Positions 60,901-64,000 of a stretch of 64,000 nucleotides of DNA are shown in pieces (within the stretch, counting starts at the first letter, position 1; every line of letters begins with the position of its first letter). The notes beneath the pieces were generated by a model. That model worked only from the letters and a program-made list of their open reading frames with translations, was not told the origin of the DNA and searched no databases. The stretch lies in assembly GCA_031409335.1 (NCBI GenBank), contig JANNWY010000095.1:26994-90993 (forward strand). Direction: 5' to 3'. Made by a program: the position numbers and the translations under genes. Source of the stretch: Chthoniobacteraceae bacterium. GTDB taxonomy: Bacteria; Verrucomicrobiota; Verrucomicrobiia; Chthoniobacterales; Chthoniobacteraceae.

Positions 60901-60983
60901 TCACGGGAAATGACATCAAATACACTTTCCCAATGCCACTTAGCAGCAACAAATTCGCCCGCCTAAAAGTGATCGCCCCATAG
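57981..60983 (+). CDS. Secreted SGNH sialate O-acetylesterase (SASA)-like carbohydrate esterase with Asp-rich Ca-binding repeats
   Basis: KVYIMSGQSNMVG, FGPELGFG, LIKTSIGNRSL, GFVWWQG, HYNHNAETY; multiple DTDxDG..D..E repeats. Confidence 0.85.
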   Translation: MNPSIHSLSIRHFLAAAALVLPALSPVNAATFSSSASPPAVDSTDVANFAAQTGSDKWFFQAVNEANPSDAAKGVTFTTGTAPVMFRAITYKVSAGNLKGATAANPTTWTIRLGTLSGSNFTQLATETAQQTANTGTGYYITWTLTTPIALSTNTTYAVDIGMLSRTAWPTGIPYLSYSGNVTTTGVGTYYDSGDLGAGAATVTTTAARDRVFHVDLQDPVNPMPPDGATVAGGSIVLSWGNKAPTTGTDVWVDIWFGTNPAALTKVVNAGLNTTTTTVSAPVAATYYWRIDSYLNGAPTGTPVAGTQFRFFVTDTDSDGLPDTFELAHTTPPSNIALNPGDDLDTDGLTNLQEFQRGTLPRDADTDNDTLNDGPELTGVGLRPATNPLVADTDADGFSDGVESNTGIWAGTSNTGTNPTNSDTDRDGLKDGVENNSGIFVSATNPGTSPLNVNTDGDNAGDWYEVTAAFTNPVSAASQPNIPYPLPDPDASTGVTNKRVKVYIMSGQSNMVGFGRVSGNGTGTLNTIVNTEKKFPHLVNGAGAWNSRNDVRYRGVISAIGNDVLQPEFGANTDSFGPELGFGHVMGWHHDEPVLLIKTSIGNRSLLWDIAPPDSARFNYNGNTYAGFGDSPNSWTIGGSPSPFSWYAGKEYDSFFLHESDMRPGQTWTSGTAYPNGCFLRHNSTMYVSKSAHTSAATSQPGVGATWSTFWSVYSVTNVVDVLDNFATQYPQWAAQGFEIAGFVWWQGFNDQSEPAASRYEARLTSLITHLRTYYGTRYPGKISPTAPFVLGTIAFGGWSLSGAGLTVANAQLAVGNPTLHPEFAGNVKTMEARGYWRSTGPDASQGHHYNHNAETYYLLGDSLGRGMVEMLTSTPTSGSFAAWQTATGTAGAPALDHDGDGVKNGIEWFLGGDANTTGFTALPAVVSSGGNVSVTWTKAASFTGTYGTRFVVETADTLTGPWVIETLGINVAITGNDIKYTFPMPLSSNKFARLKVIAP

Positions 60984-60995
60984 GTTTCCCACTCC

Positions 60996-63900
60996 ATGCA
61001 TTTGCATACCCTGTTCCATCGTCTCGTTGCTGCCTGCCGGGCTCTCGGAGCTAGTTTCCCCTGCGCGCCGGCGCGGCGGTGGAGCGCGAGCGTCCTGGTG
61101 TTGTTCGCCGCAATCGGAAGCGCACGTGGCGTGACCATCGACACGGTCTATTTCGCCCAGACCCATGTTCAGGAAGCCGCCCACCCCTATTTCTACCTCG
61201 TGGGCAACCGGGATACGTTCATCAAGGCCCACATTGTGGACCCTGCCACACCCGCTGCGCCAGCGGTGAACGCCATCCTTTCTCTCGACGGTCAGACCTT
61301 GAACCTGCCATTGGCCGGCCCGGCGGTGCTTCCCGCTTCCATCTCAAACGGCCCCGGCGTCGTGCAGCACTCTTCTGCAAATACCTTCACTGCCATGATT
61401 CCGAAAGCCTGGGTGAAATCCGGGCTAACCGTCACAGTGCAGGCGGGCGCACAGCAGGTCGTGCTGAATACCTTGAAAATCGGTGCGCCGACGAAGGTCG
61501 TCATGACCATGTTCGACGTGCAGTATTTCGCCGATACGAACTCGAACTACCCTGCCGGTTGGGAGGCGGAGCTGGCAGCCAAGTGGCCCGTGGCCGAGCT
61601 GGAGGTGAGGCGGATTCCCCATGTGGTCTTTCCGGAATTGGTCATCCCTCCCCGCTCAGGAGTGCCTGCCGCACGGATCAAGTCCACGGCGGATTACACC
61701 ACGCAGACTGGCCTCGGCTTCGATGGGGAGCAGGCGGCTGCCCTCGCTTGGAATGGTGCGCTCAAGGCAGCGGCGGGGAAGAGTGGACGTGTTAGTTTGT
61801 ATTACACCAATATCTATCGGGTGGGTGCCGGCGGACAGGCCGGTGGTTTCGCCGGTGTCGGCAGCGGCACCTCGCTCGGCATTCTCCATCACGAGTTGGG
61901 CCATGCCCTTTCGCTGCCGCATTGGGGCGACAGCGCCAGCTATCCCTACAAGGGCGACATGCATGGCATCCTCGCGCCCGCGATTTACAATGATACCCAT
62001 GCCGGCCCCACGTGGGCCTTCGACCTCCGCACCCAGGCTTACATCCCCTGCACGGTGCAGCCGGGCAACGTCGGCGGCAAACTGGCGGGCACTTACAAGG
62101 CGGACCCCATGCAGGGCGGCGGCACCGGCTGGCAGGAGCCGGGATACCTGATGAATCACTTCTCGGATTATTCGATGTTCCAGATGCGCTCTTACCTCGA
62201 TGGGCATGTCGTGGTTTGGAACGCGGCGCTGGGGAAGTTCGCTTCATGGAATCAGACGGCCCGGGCCTACACCAATGCCGTCACTAATAACGGCGTCTCT
62301 TATCCCGTGGAGCGGGATGTTCCCGTGATCGCTGTCATGGCGTCCATCTCCGGCGCGAGTCCTAACGTCAACATGGCCTATCCGCCCATCGGCCCCTTCA
62401 GCGGTGGCTTGATCCGGCTTTTCGATCCGACGGTGGCCGCGGACCGGACGGCGGCGCAGGCGATCTTCAGCCCGACCACCGGCAGCGATCTGTGCCTGCG
62501 TGTCACCCAGGGTGGCGTGGTGAAAACCTACATGCTGGCGGCCTCATGGGAGCCTTCCGCCGATCCGCTGTCAAGTGGCAGCCTGAAAACCGCCGCGTTG
62601 AACCTGCCCGCCTCGGGCGGCAGTGTCACCAAGATCGACCTCCTGCTTACTCCAGATGCGGAAGACAATGGCCTCCCGGCGAACCCACAGGTGCTTTACT
62701 CCTGGCCTAGCAGCCTGATCGCGGTGCCGACCGGACTCGCCGCCATCGGCAGCAATACCGTCGTCAACCTAGCTTGGACCGCCTCGGCGGGCGCCACCAG
62801 CTACACAGTGAAACGCGCAACCGTGAGCGGCGGCCCCTATACTTCGATCGGAACGACGGCAACGACGACTTACAACGACACCACGGTCACCAATGGCTCC
62901 ACCTACTACTACGTGGTGTCAGCCACGACCGCTGCCGGAGTCAGCGCCAATTCGGCCGAAGCGGTTGCGACCGCGATTCCGCCGCCCGCCACGCCCGCCG
63001 GGCTGACAGCCACACCGGGCGATGCGGTGGTGGGCCTGGCGTGGTCCGCGTCCGCCGGAGCCACCGGCTACAAAGTGAAACGCGCGCTGGCCAGCGGCGG
63101 ACCTTTCACCACGATCCAAAGCCAGCCGGGCACGGGCTTCAGTGACGTGTCGGTGACCAACGGGGTGAATTACTACTATAAGGTCTCGGCCTTCAACAGC
63201 GGAGGCGAGAGTGTCGATTCGGCAGTCGTCGGCCCCGCCAAGCCGCTCGGAGTGCCCGTGGTGCCAGGCGGGTTGACGGCCATCGGGGGCGATCTCCGCG
63301 TGGTCTTGAGCTGGAGCGCCTCGCCGGGAGCGACTAGCTACAAGGTGAAGCGCTCGCTGACGGTCGGCGGTCCCTACGCGACGATCCAGACCCAGGCGGG
63401 AACCACTTTCACCGACCTCGCTGTCGCTAACGGCAACACCTATTACTATGTCGTTTCCGCGACGAACGGATTCGGCGAGAGCGTGAACTCGGCGGAAGTC
63501 CCAGCCGCCGTATCCCGAGCCCGCTACTGGGACGGTGGCGTGTCCGACATCGCCGGCAACGGCAACACCGCCAGTGGTGGCGGGGCCGGCACCTGGAACA
63601 CCACCCTGCTGAACTGGGATGCGGGCGCCGTCCCCCACGTCGCCTGGGACAGCACCGTCAATGACACTGCCATCTTCGCCGGAACCGGGGCGCTCGTCAC
63701 CGTCGCCGAGCCCGTCACCGTCGGCGGGGTGACTCTCTCCTCGTCCGGCTACACCTTCTCGGGCAGCACGGTCCAGATTGCCGCTGGCGGGATTTTCAAA
63801 GGGACCGCGGGCAGCAGCTACACCCTCGCTGGCTTCGGCCTGGCCGCGGGCAACACCACCTACCGTTTCGAGAGCACCAGCACCTCCACCGGTGCCTTCG

Positions 63901-64000
63901 GGAATGCGACCATCTTCACCATGACCACCAGCCTCAACGGCGCTGACAACTCGGTGGTGATCTCGGGAACGCAGCCGGTTTACCTCACCGGCACCAACAG
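60996..64000 (+). CDS. M66 (StcE/TagA-like) zinc metalloprotease with three Fn3 domains and the start of an autotransporter-like beta-rich region; partial, runs off the right edge
   Basis: Absent from the ORF track because no stop is seen in the window. Manual translation from ATG 60996 gives VYFAQTHV..LVGNRDTFIKAHI..IPKAWVKSGL; HELGHALSLPH at 61890-61922; DPMQGG; Fn3 repeats (LAWTASAGATSYTVKRATVSGGPY); YWDGG..GGGAGTWNTTLLNWD. Confidence 0.83.
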   Translation, partial: MHLHTLFHRLVAACRALGASFPCAPARRWSASVLVLFAAIGSARGVTIDTVYFAQTHVQEAAHPYFYLVGNRDTFIKAHIVDPATPAAPAVNAILSLDGQTLNLPLAGPAVLPASISNGPGVVQHSSANTFTAMIPKAWVKSGLTVTVQAGAQQVVLNTLKIGAPTKVVMTMFDVQYFADTNSNYPAGWEAELAAKWPVAELEVRRIPHVVFPELVIPPRSGVPAARIKSTADYTTQTGLGFDGEQAAALAWNGALKAAAGKSGRVSLYYTNIYRVGAGGQAGGFAGVGSGTSLGILHHELGHALSLPHWGDSASYPYKGDMHGILAPAIYNDTHAGPTWAFDLRTQAYIPCTVQPGNVGGKLAGTYKADPMQGGGTGWQEPGYLMNHFSDYSMFQMRSYLDGHVVVWNAALGKFASWNQTARAYTNAVTNNGVSYPVERDVPVIAVMASISGASPNVNMAYPPIGPFSGGLIRLFDPTVAADRTAAQAIFSPTTGSDLCLRVTQGGVVKTYMLAASWEPSADPLSSGSLKTAALNLPASGGSVTKIDLLLTPDAEDNGLPANPQVLYSWPSSLIAVPTGLAAIGSNTVVNLAWTASAGATSYTVKRATVSGGPYTSIGTTATTTYNDTTVTNGSTYYYVVSATTAAGVSANSAEAVATAIPPPATPAGLTATPGDAVVGLAWSASAGATGYKVKRALASGGPFTTIQSQPGTGFSDVSVTNGVNYYYKVSAFNSGGESVDSAVVGPAKPLGVPVVPGGLTAIGGDLRVVLSWSASPGATSYKVKRSLTVGGPYATIQTQAGTTFTDLAVANGNTYYYVVSATNGFGESVNSAEVPAAVSRARYWDGGVSDIAGNGNTASGGGAGTWNTTLLNWDAGAVPHVAWDSTVNDTAIFAGTGALVTVAEPVTVGGVTLSSSGYTFSGSTVQIAAGGIFKGTAGSSYTLAGFGLAAGNTTYRFESTSTSTGAFGNATIFTMTTSLNGADNSVVISGTQPVYLTGTN

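Overview
This is high-GC bacterial chromosomal DNA. The gene content (Planctomycete-type cytochrome c, PVC-type CxxCH protein, CotH/lamin-tail protein, GntR/LacI hybrid regulator) suggests a PVC-superphylum organism, most likely Verrucomicrobiota; that assignment is an inference. From left to right the window holds: (1) a partial PSCyt-type cytochrome c gene, a DUF4142 gene and a DoxX / BNR beta-propeller / MoaD-ThiS operon; (2) a seven-gene MoxR-DUF58-BatA/VWA operon with palindromic REP-like elements at several junctions; (3) arsC plus an aquaporin, ndh and a HerA-like DUF853 gene; (4) a putative sigma54-driven pseudokinase-FGE / beta-barrel / OPX / Wzc polysaccharide export cluster; (5) a B12 radical SAM gene, hemL and tRNA-Cys; (6) a GNAT + paired SMR/EamA + ureohydrolase module; (7) about 26 kb of mostly large secreted proteins: CotH/LTD, a chimeric pseudogene, a CxxCH dehydrogenase, a GH128 frameshift-fused to a sulfatase, an M60-like protease, Sel1-C39, a sialate O-acetylesterase-like protein and an M66/StcE-like protease running off the right edge. 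The best candidate for an undescribed system is the glycoprotein-attack secretome at 46.8-64 kb, whose proteins share unannotated N-terminal and C-terminal modules. The polysaccharide export operon with two degenerate kinases is next. No CRISPR array, integrase or transposase was seen. All family assignments come from recognising motifs by eye; no database searches were run.
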